A DNA stretch of 64,000 nucleotides. It comes from an uncultured archaeon (GTDB lineage Archaea; Asgardarchaeota; Thorarchaeia; Thorarchaeales; Thorarchaeaceae). The number at the start of each line of letters is the position of its first letter. The stretch's first letter is position 1. The translations under genes and the position numbers were made by a program. The notes beneath the pieces are model-generated. The model was not told where the DNA came from, did no database searches, and saw nothing but the letters and a program-made list of their open reading frames with translations. The stretch is from NCBI GenBank assembly GCA_964458565.1, contig CAYWJO010000007.1, positions 37,154-101,153 on the forward strand. The letters run 5' to 3'. Below are positions 24,334-34,122 of this stretch, one piece after another.

Positions 24334-25179
24334 ATGACAAAGTCTAACAATTTACCAGTAGTCATTGATATTAGCACACGTCTAACAATGGTTGGTTTTG
24401 CAGGAGAAGTAGCTCCACGTTTCGTTTGGCCCACTGTTGTTGGATATTCAATAGATCATAGTATGATAGATAGTGATTCCTCAGTTCCTTACAAGATCGG
24501 CAAGTATGCATTAGACTCGTTATCCCCTATGCTAGTCTATCCGTTAAAGGCTGGAATCATCGAAGATTGGGATGCAATTGAGGCTATCTTGGCATTTACT
24601 TTCAAATCACTTGAAATCAAATCTTCTGAGAGTAAAGTTTTGATAACAGAATCAATATCTTCTCCCCCTGAAACTCACCAACATCTGATGCAATTGATGT
24701 TTCATAAATTCGGTGTGAGTCATCTCTACGTGACACTTCGACAGGTACTCGCTCTATATGCTGTCCGGAAAGGATCAGGTGTTGTCATCGATTTCGAGCC
24801 AGACTATGCATTAATCGTACCAATATTCGAAGGTCTTGCCATTCCACATGTAAAAGAAATCCTGAATCTGCCGGTCATAACGGGATTTGAGCTTTCGTTT
24901 CTTGCAGAACGATTAATAGCTGCAGTTGAGAATACAAATCCAGACATCTACGATGATTTATACAGCAACATTGTACTTACGGGTAGTTCTACAACAACAC
25001 CTCAATTCAGAGAGAGCCTTGAGAAAGAGATTGCTGAACGGATAGCCTCGGATAGAAACTTCTCAATAATTGATATTCCAGAAAAGCTCTACATGGCTTG
25101 GATTGGAGGGAGCAGGTTAGCAAATGTATCATCATTCAATGAGGTATGGATGAGTCGTACTGAATTCACACAGAAATGA
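24334..25179 (+). CDS. actin-family protein, unusually short (about 281 aa)
   Basis: VVIDISTRLTMVGFAGEVAPRFVWPTVVG, LITES....PETHQHLMQLMFHKFGVSHLYVTLRQVLALYA, IVPIFEGLAIPH and YMAWIGGSRLANVSSFNEVWMSRTEF align colinearly with eukaryotic actin. The start is taken at ATG 24334. Confidence 0.8.
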   Translation: MTKSNNLPVVIDISTRLTMVGFAGEVAPRFVWPTVVGYSIDHSMIDSDSSVPYKIGKYALDSLSPMLVYPLKAGIIEDWDAIEAILAFTFKSLEIKSSESKVLITESISSPPETHQHLMQLMFHKFGVSHLYVTLRQVLALYAVRKGSGVVIDFEPDYALIVPIFEGLAIPHVKEILNLPVITGFELSFLAERLIAAVENTNPDIYDDLYSNIVLTGSSTTTPQFRESLEKEIAERIASDRNFSIIDIPEKLYMAWIGGSRLANVSSFNEVWMSRTEFTQK

Positions 25180-25233
25180 CCTGATCGACCGCAGTAGCAA
25201 CAACTTGCATTGAATTCCATCTCCTATGGGATT

Positions 25234-27360
25234 CTAGAACATACCACTCAACCACTGGTGAATATGCGCAATAACAGGAAGGAAGAGTGTAGCAGTCAGG
25301 GAAATCACGACAAGCAAAGTATTGATTGATGGGCCTGCAGTGTCTTTGAATGGGTCGCCCACCATATCTCCACGTACTGAGTTCCGGTGTATTTGATCAT
25401 ATCGTGGGTGGTCATGGTCATACTCAGGAGACTCAATCATCTTCTTTGTATTATCCCAAGCCCCTCCAGCATTACTCATCAATAGGGCCATGATAAAGCC
25501 GACCAAGACTGCACCACCAAGATATCCACCAAGCGCTTCAAGCCCCAAGATTGAACCAGTTAAAATTGTAACACCTATTACGATGATAGTAGATGGCATG
25601 AGTTCTCTTATAGCGCCAGATGTTGCTATTTCAATACATTTGTCATAATCTGGTTTTGAGGTTCCTTCAAGAATACCAGGATCTACGCGGAACTGTCTAC
25701 GAATCTCTTCAATCATTCGTCCTGCATTACGATCAACACCAAGAATGAGCATCGCAGTAAATGTAATTGGCACTAACGCTCCGATGAATGCACCCGCCAA
25801 GATGAATGGATCTGCTATATTGACAATAATCTCTTCTCCAATGAGCATCTCCGCTGCTTCAACAAATGCTGCAAATAAGGCAAGAACGGATATAGCTGCA
25901 GACCCAATAGCAAATCCCTTTGTGATTGCCTTAGCCGTATTACCTGCTGCATCTAATTTATCACAAGCTATAATGGCTTCTTCTGAAGCATTCGATTGTT
26001 CAATAATACCTCTCGCGTTATCAACAATAGGTCCATAGCTATCAGAGCTCATGGTAAGTCCATTTGTTGCCAGGAGTCCAACTGCAGCAATTGCTACCGC
26101 ATAAATTCCCCCCATCCAACCTCCAAGTCCCAGAGATGTTGTTGTCGAACCGAGGATGAATGATGCCACAAGTGCTACAATAACTCCAATTACTGAAGGT
26201 ACGGCACTGAGAAGACCGTATGAATATCCTGACAGTATGAGGTTCGCTGTGCTCTTCTCAGCATTTTCTACCATATTCCTTACTGGTTGAAATCCGAAGA
26301 GACCTTTATCATTTGTAAAGACATCAGAGGTGAATCCTATAAACACACCAGCAAGTAGTCCAAAGATTGCAGAGGCTGCAATTACAATATCAATTCCAAG
26401 AATGAGAATTACAGCTACAACCAATACACCAAAGAGAATAGTTGTTATGTAAGTGCCTCTGTTAAGGGCTGGACCAGGATCATCCTGTTCATTAGGTCTT
26501 ACCAAATAAACTCCAATCACTGATGCGATGGTACCTAATGCTGCTATTACTAGAGGCAGGAGTCCAAAGGCGTATGGTAATGCAAATGTTGCATCAAGTC
26601 CTGCTCCTAGAAGGGCAGCAGCCAGAATTGCGGCGACATTGCTATCGAAGATGTCTGCACCTGTTCCAGCAACATCTCCCACGTTGTCGCCAACAGCGTC
26701 TGCAATTGCCGCAGGATTTCTCGGGTCATCCTCTGGAATGTGCTGCTCGATTTTACCAACAATGTCTGCTGACATATCCGCAGTTTTGGTAAAGATTCCT
26801 CCACCTGCTTTTGCAAACAGCGCCACAGTACTCGCGCCAAATGAAAAGCCTGTAATCATCTCCCATAGGAATGGGGCCGCAATTCCTGGAAATATCACGA
26901 ACCACATCAAGTAAAGAGCTGATAATCCAACAAGAGCAATGCCTGCTATCATCAGCCCCATTACCGAACCCGATCTAAACGCTATCTTGAATGCAGGACC
27001 AAGCCCTCCTTCTGCGGCTGCAGCTGCTGTTCGTCGATTCGCTTGTGTTGCCACTGCCAGACCTATATATCCCGCTCCCATACTAGCAAAGGATCCTATG
27101 ATGTATGAGATTGCAATGGGTATTCCATAGTCAACAAAGACAATTGCAATGACAACTGCTAGGAACAGAGTAAAGAATGTAAGTATACGATATTGTATCT
27201 TAATGAAAGAGTCAGCTCCATCTTGTATCAACCGACTGACTTCATGCATTCTCTTGTCACCTTCATCCGCTCTCATAACTACGCGATATGTGTATAGAGC
27301 TACAAGGATGGCAAGTAGACCTGATAAAAGCGAAATGGATAGAAATAGAAGATCTGACAT
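25234..27360 (-). CDS. hppA: membrane-bound ion-translocating pyrophosphatase
   Basis: GGGIFTKTADMSADIVGKIE, AVGDNVGDVAGTGADIFDS, NAGGAWDNTKK and GDPFKDTAGPSINTL, with about 16 TM helices. The start is taken at MSDLLF (27360); the track ORF extends to 27435. Confidence 0.95.
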   Translation of the reverse strand: MSDLLFLSISLLSGLLAILVALYTYRVVMRADEGDKRMHEVSRLIQDGADSFIKIQYRILTFFTLFLAVVIAIVFVDYGIPIAISYIIGSFASMGAGYIGLAVATQANRRTAAAAAEGGLGPAFKIAFRSGSVMGLMIAGIALVGLSALYLMWFVIFPGIAAPFLWEMITGFSFGASTVALFAKAGGGIFTKTADMSADIVGKIEQHIPEDDPRNPAAIADAVGDNVGDVAGTGADIFDSNVAAILAAALLGAGLDATFALPYAFGLLPLVIAALGTIASVIGVYLVRPNEQDDPGPALNRGTYITTILFGVLVVAVILILGIDIVIAASAIFGLLAGVFIGFTSDVFTNDKGLFGFQPVRNMVENAEKSTANLILSGYSYGLLSAVPSVIGVIVALVASFILGSTTTSLGLGGWMGGIYAVAIAAVGLLATNGLTMSSDSYGPIVDNARGIIEQSNASEEAIIACDKLDAAGNTAKAITKGFAIGSAAISVLALFAAFVEAAEMLIGEEIIVNIADPFILAGAFIGALVPITFTAMLILGVDRNAGRMIEEIRRQFRVDPGILEGTSKPDYDKCIEIATSGAIRELMPSTIIVIGVTILTGSILGLEALGGYLGGAVLVGFIMALLMSNAGGAWDNTKKMIESPEYDHDHPRYDQIHRNSVRGDMVGDPFKDTAGPSINTLLVVISLTATLFLPVIAHIHQWLSGMF

Positions 27361-27551
27361 TGCGGGCTCCTGTTGAGGATTTTCAAACCATATTATAGAC
27401 ATTGCTATGCATCGGCTAATTACAAGCCGGACCATTTGGTATGCCCAACTTCAATGAATTGTAGTACGGATATATTGGAACACGTGTTCCAATCCTAATT
27501 TTGGTATCTATAGTAAAACCAATCAATTTGTTTTCTGTCTATCATCTCGCA

Positions 27552-28007
27552 ATGAAAGACGAAGACGAGAATAAATTTGATTCAATCGCAAAAAAACTCG
27601 AAGCTGCACTTGAAGACAAGAAAGAGGAGCTCGCTAATGGTGAATTAAATGAGATTGAAGATACAACAGGGCTTGAGAATATTAAGCGTCTAAATACTGC
27701 AATTATTGAATTTTATACCACAAATTGTCCCTATTGTAAACAAATGACACCTATTCTTGAGGAGCTCGCAGAGAGCTTCAAGTCAAAGGTCTATTTTGCC
27801 AAGGTTAACATTGAGAACATACCCACCGTTATAGAAAAATTCTCCATTTTAGGAGTGCCAGAGCTCATTGTTTTCAAAAAAGGACAAGAAGTGGGGAGAG
27901 CTGAGGGTCTCCAAATCTATGAAACACTGGATGAGTGGATTGATAGCATTCATAGAGGACTCAGACCAATGGGGATGATTCTAGGGCTTTCAACTAAAAC
28001 GCGTTAG
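27552..28007 (+). CDS. thioredoxin-fold protein with an acidic N-terminal extension
   Basis: Active-site-like FYTTNCPYCKQM (CxxC), followed by AKVNIE......KF.I.GVPELIVFKKG. Confidence 0.75.
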   Translation: MKDEDENKFDSIAKKLEAALEDKKEELANGELNEIEDTTGLENIKRLNTAIIEFYTTNCPYCKQMTPILEELAESFKSKVYFAKVNIENIPTVIEKFSILGVPELIVFKKGQEVGRAEGLQIYETLDEWIDSIHRGLRPMGMILGLSTKTR

Positions 28008-28022
28008 ACCCGACTACTTTTC

Positions 28023-28445
28023 TTAATCATCAGCGGAGCTGCCTTCTATGGCAATATCTGATGAATCTGGCTTAGGATATCTTCCGCTTCGAACACGCCA
28101 TCCATCATAGCAGATATACAAGAATATCCCATAGAATATGATCATTGCAAGGTATAGTCCTACAACAATGATGAGCGACTCTGCTAATGGACCAAGAATT
28201 GCCTCAAGAATAATCTGAGGGAATAGCATGGTGACTAAAATGAGTGCGGTCATGGTTAGAGTTACAACAAACATCACAGGGAATATTCCAGCAGAGTGAT
28301 GTGATGAAGAACAATAGACTTTTTTTCCGTCTTTCCAAGTTCTCTCTTCAACAGGAGCTCCACACCAAGCACATGTCATTTTTCCTTCATCTACTGAATC
28401 TGACTTATCTGTCAATACAATCTCCCTTACAATCTCTATGGCCAA
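28023..28445 (-). CDS. zinc-ribbon membrane protein, function unknown
   Basis: N-terminal CAWCGAP...YCSSSHH followed by three hydrophobic helices. Confidence 0.45.
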   Translation of the reverse strand: MAIEIVREIVLTDKSDSVDEGKMTCAWCGAPVEERTWKDGKKVYCSSSHHSAGIFPVMFVVTLTMTALILVTMLFPQIILEAILGPLAESLIIVVGLYLAMIIFYGIFLYICYDGWRVRSGRYPKPDSSDIAIEGSSADD

Positions 28446-28502
28446 TCAAATCCACATATCTCTTATGCTTCTAATCCGTGATTCAGGTACGTTTCGGTAC
28501 TC

Positions 28503-30389
28503 TCAGAGTTTCAATTTGAAGATGTACTCATCATCAGCCCTTGAGAGATGACTCTCCACTACACGATCGGTTCGATGAAGGAATCTAATCATTGGTAGAT
28601 TTCTTGGATGCACATATGCTATAAATGCGTCAATCCCCTTGCTCTTTGCAATTCTCATGAGGTGATTGAGAAGGAACGTTCCAACACCTTTTCCTTGATA
28701 TTCGTCCTGGATCAATAGTGCAAACTCAGCCTCATTCGTACTTCTGTCTAGGAGATATCTCCCTGCACCGATTATTCTCTCAGTTTCGTGTTCTTTGTCT
28801 GGATATATTACAGCGATAATGGACACATCTCTGTCTGCATCAACATCATAGAAGTCTTGCAACGTCTTTCTTGGTAGACTTCTTAATGGTGTGAGGAATC
28901 TGAAATAGATGCTTTCTTCAGAGAGATCATAGAACAGATCTTTAATCCTATCAGTGTCATCGGGCCTAACAAGACGGAAATAAACAGTCACCGGACCATC
29001 GGGACCTTTGAATTCTTCTTGTGTTTCGTATTCACTAGCGAAATACGTACCTGTGACCTGAAATGGTACTTGGTCTTCGTGGACGTATTGCATTTTCTTT
29101 GCAGCGTCTAATAATTCGTTTCTAAAGTCGGGGTGTGCAATTGCAATCAATGAAAGTACACGTTCACGTATAGTCTTTCCATGTAGTGTCGCGAGACCAT
29201 ATTCTGTGATTATAACATCGACGTCGCCTCTAGTTGTAACGACACCCGCACCTTCACTGAGTTGGGGCACAATGCGTGAAACAGTACCCTCCATTGCTGT
29301 ACTCTGCATTGTGATGATTGCCTTCCCACCAATTGATCTATTAGCACCACGAATGAAGTCTACTGCGCCGCCTATCCCCGAAAAGAAGCGATGTCCAATT
29401 GAGTCTGCGCACACTTGTCCTGTGAGGTCAATCTCAAGCGCAGAGTTGATGGCTATCATTTTCGTGTTCTGTCCAATCACATACGGATCGTTCACATACT
29501 CCGTGGGATAAAAATGAAACATTGGATTATCATTGATATATTCATAGAGCTTCTCTGAACCCATAGCGAATGATGCGATTACCTTATCCTTGTTTATGCT
29601 CTTTTTCCTATTTGTTACAATTTCCTGTTGGATCAGTGGAATGAGACTATCACTGAACATTTCGGTGTGAATTCCTAAGTCCTGTACACCAATTTCAAGG
29701 AGACTATTACATACCGCCTGAGGCAACGCACCAATTCCTAATTCTATGGTTGACTCATTTTCAATTAACCTGGCTACAAAACTTCCTATCTTGTTTATAG
29801 TATCTGATCCTTCTGCAGGCTCAAATTCACGAAGTGGTTCATTATACGATACTAACCAATCAATGTCCCTCACATTCATGAACGAATCGCCATGTGTGAT
29901 TGGCATTCTCTCGTTGACCTGTGCTATTACTAAATCTGCGCTTTCAGCTGCGGACTTGGTGATATCTACTGCTATTCCTAGTGAAACATAACCATGTTGA
30001 TCAGGAGGGCTCACTTGAATCATGGCTACATCAAGTGGCATTCTCTTTTGTCTGAACAGACGTGGGATGTCTGAGAGCATGATGGGTGTGTAATCCGCAC
30101 GTCCATCAGTGACTGCCTCTCGGATATTCTCAGAGACAAAGAACGTGTTATGCCTGAATGCATTTTGAAATTGAGGGTCTGCTGATGGTGTATCTCCCAG
30201 AGTAAGCAAATGCACAATTTCATTATCTGCCATCTTTACTGCATTCTTTGCGAGTTCCTGAACTAGATGATATGGTACTCCACATCCTGTACCTAGGAAT
30301 ATTCTAGTCCCTCGCTTGATTTTTCTAATGGCTGTACTAGAGTCAACAGTCTTCTTTTTGTATTTCTCAATCCAGTTTTCAGCAGTCAT
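28503..30389 (-). CDS. fusion protein: acetyl-CoA hydrolase/transferase (4-hydroxybutyrate CoA-transferase-like) domain + C-terminal Pat-type GNAT acetyltransferase domain
   Basis: The N-terminal 440 aa show CoA-transferase family features (GTGCGVP, EIDLTGQVCADS, SGIGGAVDFIRGA). The C-terminal 180 aa read RLVRPDDTDRIKDLFYDLSEESIYFRF....DVD.....IIAV.......IIGAGRY........AEFALLIQDEYQGKGVGTFLL, as in Pat/PatA protein lysine acetyltransferases. Confidence 0.85.
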   Translation of the reverse strand: MTAENWIEKYKKKTVDSSTAIRKIKRGTRIFLGTGCGVPYHLVQELAKNAVKMADNEIVHLLTLGDTPSADPQFQNAFRHNTFFVSENIREAVTDGRADYTPIMLSDIPRLFRQKRMPLDVAMIQVSPPDQHGYVSLGIAVDITKSAAESADLVIAQVNERMPITHGDSFMNVRDIDWLVSYNEPLREFEPAEGSDTINKIGSFVARLIENESTIELGIGALPQAVCNSLLEIGVQDLGIHTEMFSDSLIPLIQQEIVTNRKKSINKDKVIASFAMGSEKLYEYINDNPMFHFYPTEYVNDPYVIGQNTKMIAINSALEIDLTGQVCADSIGHRFFSGIGGAVDFIRGANRSIGGKAIITMQSTAMEGTVSRIVPQLSEGAGVVTTRGDVDVIITEYGLATLHGKTIRERVLSLIAIAHPDFRNELLDAAKKMQYVHEDQVPFQVTGTYFASEYETQEEFKGPDGPVTVYFRLVRPDDTDRIKDLFYDLSEESIYFRFLTPLRSLPRKTLQDFYDVDADRDVSIIAVIYPDKEHETERIIGAGRYLLDRSTNEAEFALLIQDEYQGKGVGTFLLNHLMRIAKSKGIDAFIAYVHPRNLPMIRFLHRTDRVVESHLSRADDEYIFKLKL

Positions 30390-30538
30390 AATCCCAACAT
30401 CCTGATGCGTCTATTCCGCTAGAGGTTGCATATAGGACTTTCCAAGTGGTACAAGATATTATGACACGACAGAAACCTTTTTGCTCACCATGTTCGGGCT
30501 CAGTCTTGTTTGACAACATATTATGGGAGAACACTCTC

Positions 30539-31813
30539 ATGTCTGAAGAAAAAATTGGTAATCGATATTTGGTGATACTTGGTGCAATTATCGTGCAACT
30601 ATGTTTGGGTACAATCTACGCATGGTCCGAGTTTCAGAATGCATTGAAACTTGAAGGCGGTCTGTATCAGTGGACCCCTCTAAGCACTCAATTGCCGTTC
30701 GCCGCAGGTCTTGCTTCTTTTGCCCTTTTCATGGTCTTTGCAGGACGATGGCAGGATAAGGCTGGGCCTCGAAAGGTAGCCACAGTGGGCGGTGTTCTGC
30801 TTGGTGTTGGTTATCTCCTTGCATCTTTGGTGGATACACTAGCATTAGATGAACTCACCGGAACCATTTACCTCATCATCACCTATGGTATAATTGGTGG
30901 TGCTGGTATTGGATTCGCATACGTATGTCCCATTGCAGCATTAGTCAAATGGTTCCCTGATAAGAAAGGAAGCGTTTCTGGAATTGCTGTTGCAGGGTTT
31001 GGTGGTGGTGCACTTATCTTTCTATTTGTGGAAGATTTCCTGATCAATACAGTATTTGGTGGTTATATTGGCTTTGCATTTCTGGTTCTTGGTGTCGTAT
31101 ATCTCATTGGCGTAGTACTGGGCTCACAGATACTTGTCAATCCACCAGTAGGATGGGCTCCTGAAGGATGGACACCTCCCATCACAATCGCTGATGGTTC
31201 TGGTGGTGGAATGATGCCTGGTGAAATGATTAGGAAGGCAACATTCTGGCTTCTCTGGCTCTCGTTTATATTTGCAGCAACCGCTGGTCTAATGACCCTT
31301 GGCAATGTGAAAAGTGCCGCTGCTGAAGTAGACCCCACAGTGATTCCACTCGGTCTGGGTGCATTGATAGGTGGAATAATGTCCATCTTTAACGCAATAG
31401 GACGAATTGTATGGGGTATTACATCAGATAAGCTTGGTCGAGCTAGGACTATGGTTTTAATGTTCTTGTTCCTCATGATTGCAATGTACAGTTTTGCATT
31501 CGTGGCATTATTACCTGATACAGAGGGACTTTGGATTACCGTCACTCTGATTGCTTCAGTGATAGGATTCTGTTTTGGTGGGAATTTTGCCCTCTTCCCC
31601 TCAGCAACAGCTGACTATTTCGGTTCAGAGAACGTAGGTAAGAACTATGGTGTAGTCTTTACAGCATATGGTATTGCAGGTATTGTTGGTGGTCTTGTTG
31701 CAGGATCATTTGTAGGTCTAACTGGCTCCTACTTCCTTGCATTCATAACAACAGAATTTCTTGCTATGTTCGCTATCTTGCTAACACTCTACCTATACTG
31801 GAAATACGAGTAG
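30539..31813 (+). CDS. MFS transporter of the oxalate/formate antiporter (OFA) / monocarboxylate type
   Basis: 12-TM profile, with GRWQDKAGPRKV after TM2 and GRIVWGITSDKLGR in the second half. The start is taken at ATG 30539. Confidence 0.8.
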   Translation: MSEEKIGNRYLVILGAIIVQLCLGTIYAWSEFQNALKLEGGLYQWTPLSTQLPFAAGLASFALFMVFAGRWQDKAGPRKVATVGGVLLGVGYLLASLVDTLALDELTGTIYLIITYGIIGGAGIGFAYVCPIAALVKWFPDKKGSVSGIAVAGFGGGALIFLFVEDFLINTVFGGYIGFAFLVLGVVYLIGVVLGSQILVNPPVGWAPEGWTPPITIADGSGGGMMPGEMIRKATFWLLWLSFIFAATAGLMTLGNVKSAAAEVDPTVIPLGLGALIGGIMSIFNAIGRIVWGITSDKLGRARTMVLMFLFLMIAMYSFAFVALLPDTEGLWITVTLIASVIGFCFGGNFALFPSATADYFGSENVGKNYGVVFTAYGIAGIVGGLVAGSFVGLTGSYFLAFITTEFLAMFAILLTLYLYWKYE

Positions 31814-31824
31814 TATACTAAAAC

Positions 31825-31853
31825 GAGGTTATGGGGATATTTTCCCATACCTC
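31825..31853 (+). terminator. hairpin downstream of the MFS gene
   Basis: GAGGTtATGGGG-atatttt-CCCATACCTC (one bulged T), followed by a T-rich tract. Confidence 0.35.
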
Positions 31854-31948
31854 TCTCAATTCTTTTTAGCACTCCCTGATTTGACAAGTTGAACGATACT
31901 TTGATGAAAATCCGTTTTTCAATTAAATATCGTGCCCTTGGATAAGCG

Positions 31949-31956
31949 TTATATAG
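31949..31956 (+). promoter_or_regulatory. TATA-like box upstream of acs
   Basis: ttatatag ends 31 nt upstream of the acs ATG (31987), consistent with an archaeal promoter giving a very short leader. Confidence 0.4.
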
Positions 31957-31986
31957 ATAAACCTGCGGACGGCGCTCAAAGCATCG

Positions 31987-34005
31987 ATGCTTAAGGTGAC
32001 TAATTTGTCTGAAGAAAAAAAGATCACTGTTTTAGAAGCGGAAGCAAGAAGATTCGCGCCTCCCAAGAGCTTTGTCGATAAAGCATATATCAAGTCTCAC
32101 GAGGAACGAATGGAGATGTGGAAGAAGTCCATCTCGGATCCAGATGGCTTCTGGCTAGATATAGCAACATCGGATTTGTTCTACTGGAAGACTAAACCGA
32201 CAAAGGGTTTCGAATGGCAAGATACACAGAATGTTAAATTCACATGGTTCGCCGATGGCGTGACCAATATGGCCTACAATTGCATGGATAAGTGGGTCGA
32301 GCAGGGTCGTGGTGACCAGGTCGCAATTATTTGGCAGGGTGACCCCGTTGATGAGTCGCGTACCTACACCTACAAGCAGCTTCAAATCGAGGTAAGCAAA
32401 GCTGCCAATGTTCTAAAAAATCTCGGTCTGAAGAAAGGTGATACCGTCACAATCTACCTACCTATGATTCCTGAACTAGCTATTCTCATGCTTGCCTGTG
32501 CTCGAATTGGTGCTGTCCACAGTATCGTCTTCGGTGGCTTCACTGCAGACTCACTGAAAGACAGGATTGAGGACTGTCAGAGCAAAGTTCTCATCACTGC
32601 TGATGGTTACTATCGCGCATCTAAGGTCATTCCACAGAAGAAAAACGCTGACGCCGCGCTTGAGAATATCTCAGTGGTTGAGAAAATCCTCGTTGTCAAA
32701 CGTGGTATTGATGGCCTTGACGTACCAATGAAATCCGGTCGCGATTTCTGGTTCCATGAAGAACTTGAGAAGGTTGAGGAAACGTGCGAGCCCGAATGGT
32801 TAGGTGCTGAAGACCCACTATTCATCCTTTACACATCTGGTTCAACCGGAAAACCAAAGGGTGTGCTTCACACACTCGGTGGTTACATGGTCTATACCGC
32901 TCACACATTCCTGAATATCTTCGATTGGCATCCTGGTGATGTCTATTGGTGTACGGCGGACATAGGTTGGATAACTGGACATTCCTACCAAGTATATGGC
33001 CCACTCGGTGCAGGTGCAACCTCAATGATGTTTGAGGGCGTGCCAACATACCCTGATGCAAGCCGATTCTGGATGGAGGTAGAGCGCTGGAAAGTAAACC
33101 AATTCTATACAGCCCCGACAGCCATACGTGCCCTGATGAAATTCGGCGAAGAACCCGTTAAGAAACACGATCTCTCCTCACTGAATCTTTTGGGCACAGT
33201 AGGAGAACCCATCAATCCAGCCGCTTGGATGTGGTATCACGAGGTAGTAGGCAAAGAGAGATGTCCAATTGTGGACACCTACTGGCAAACAGAAACAGGC
33301 GGAGTAATTTTTACACCCCTTCCCGGAGCAACTGAGACAATACCCGGAAGTTGCACCTTTCCATACTTTGGAGTTGACCCTGTCATCGTAGATGAAGGCG
33401 GCTCTGCAACAGGCCCTAATGAGGGCGGATACCTCTGTATCAAATCACCATGGCCAGGTCTCATGCGTACTGTCTTCGGAGACCACCAGAGGTTTGTGAA
33501 TACCTATTGGACTCAATACAAAGATCCCGAAACAGGCAATCCAATGTATATGACCGGAGATGGTTCACGCTTCAACGATGATGGCTACTTCTTCGTGATG
33601 GGTCGAATCGACGACGTACTGAAAGTATCTGGTCACAGACTTGGAACTGCTGAGATTGAGTCAGCTCTCGTCAAGCACCCCGCAGTTTCAGAGTGTGCAG
33701 TTGTAGGTTTCCCACATGAGATAAAGGGAGAAGATATCTATGTCTTTTGTACACTCAGAAAAGGTGTCGAAGGAACCGAGGAACTTCGCCAAGAGCTGCG
33801 GAAACACGTCAGGACTGAAATTGGACCAATCGCTACACCAGCTAAAGTACAGTTTGCTGACGCGCTACCGAAGACCAGAAGCGGAAAGATAATGCGCCGA
33901 ATATTGAAACGCATCGCTGCTGGAAAGATTGAGGACATCGGAGATACCTCCACACTCGCAGATCCAACAGTTGTCGAAACCCTCGTTCGTGAGAGAATCG
34001 AGTAA
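31987..34005 (+). CDS. acs: acetyl-CoA synthetase (AMP-forming)
   Basis: [20 protein letters not shown], the GDG...D.DGY hinge region, and C-terminal [13 protein letters not shown] including the conserved regulatory/catalytic Lys. Confidence 0.95.
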   Translation: MLKVTNLSEEKKITVLEAEARRFAPPKSFVDKAYIKSHEERMEMWKKSISDPDGFWLDIATSDLFYWKTKPTKGFEWQDTQNVKFTWFADGVTNMAYNCMDKWVEQGRGDQVAIIWQGDPVDESRTYTYKQLQIEVSKAANVLKNLGLKKGDTVTIYLPMIPELAILMLACARIGAVHSIVFGGFTADSLKDRIEDCQSKVLITADGYYRASKVIPQKKNADAALENISVVEKILVVKRGIDGLDVPMKSGRDFWFHEELEKVEETCEPEWLGAEDPLFILYTSGSTGKPKGVLHTLGGYMVYTAHTFLNIFDWHPGDVYWCTADIGWITGHSYQVYGPLGAGATSMMFEGVPTYPDASRFWMEVERWKVNQFYTAPTAIRALMKFGEEPVKKHDLSSLNLLGTVGEPINPAAWMWYHEVVGKERCPIVDTYWQTETGGVIFTPLPGATETIPGSCTFPYFGVDPVIVDEGGSATGPNEGGYLCIKSPWPGLMRTVFGDHQRFVNTYWTQYKDPETGNPMYMTGDGSRFNDDGYFFVMGRIDDVLKVSGHRLGTAEIESALVKHPAVSECAVVGFPHEIKGEDIYVFCTLRKGVEGTEELRQELRKHVRTEIGPIATPAKVQFADALPKTRSGKIMRRILKRIAAGKIEDIGDTSTLADPTVVETLVRERIE

Positions 34006-34018
34006 ATGGCACAATTAA

Positions 34019-34048
34019 AGTGTAGAGAGGTTTTATCCTCTCTCCACA
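34019..34048 (+). terminator. hairpin plus T-tract after acs
   Basis: GTGTAGAGAGG-ttttat-CCTCTCTcCACAC followed by ttctgttttt. Confidence 0.4.
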
Positions 34049-34122
34049 CTTCTGTTTTTAATGAATATTTTTCAAAAGGTTTATCGGTTTTAAAGACTAA
34101 TTGATAATGGGTATGTCACATT

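Noticed and set aside
24159-24347. 62-aa ORF in the ORF track
   Set aside because: It coincides with tRNA-Ile(GAU) and its flank, so it is a spurious translation of an RNA gene.
26523-26914. Several 75-130-aa ORFs on the plus strand (26523-27376) and similar antisense ORFs inside korB, acs, the TSP3 gene and the STAND gene
   Set aside because: They are fully embedded antisense to, or out of frame within, long genes that have strong family signatures. They have low-complexity or Ala/Pro/Ser-rich compositions typical of shadow ORFs.
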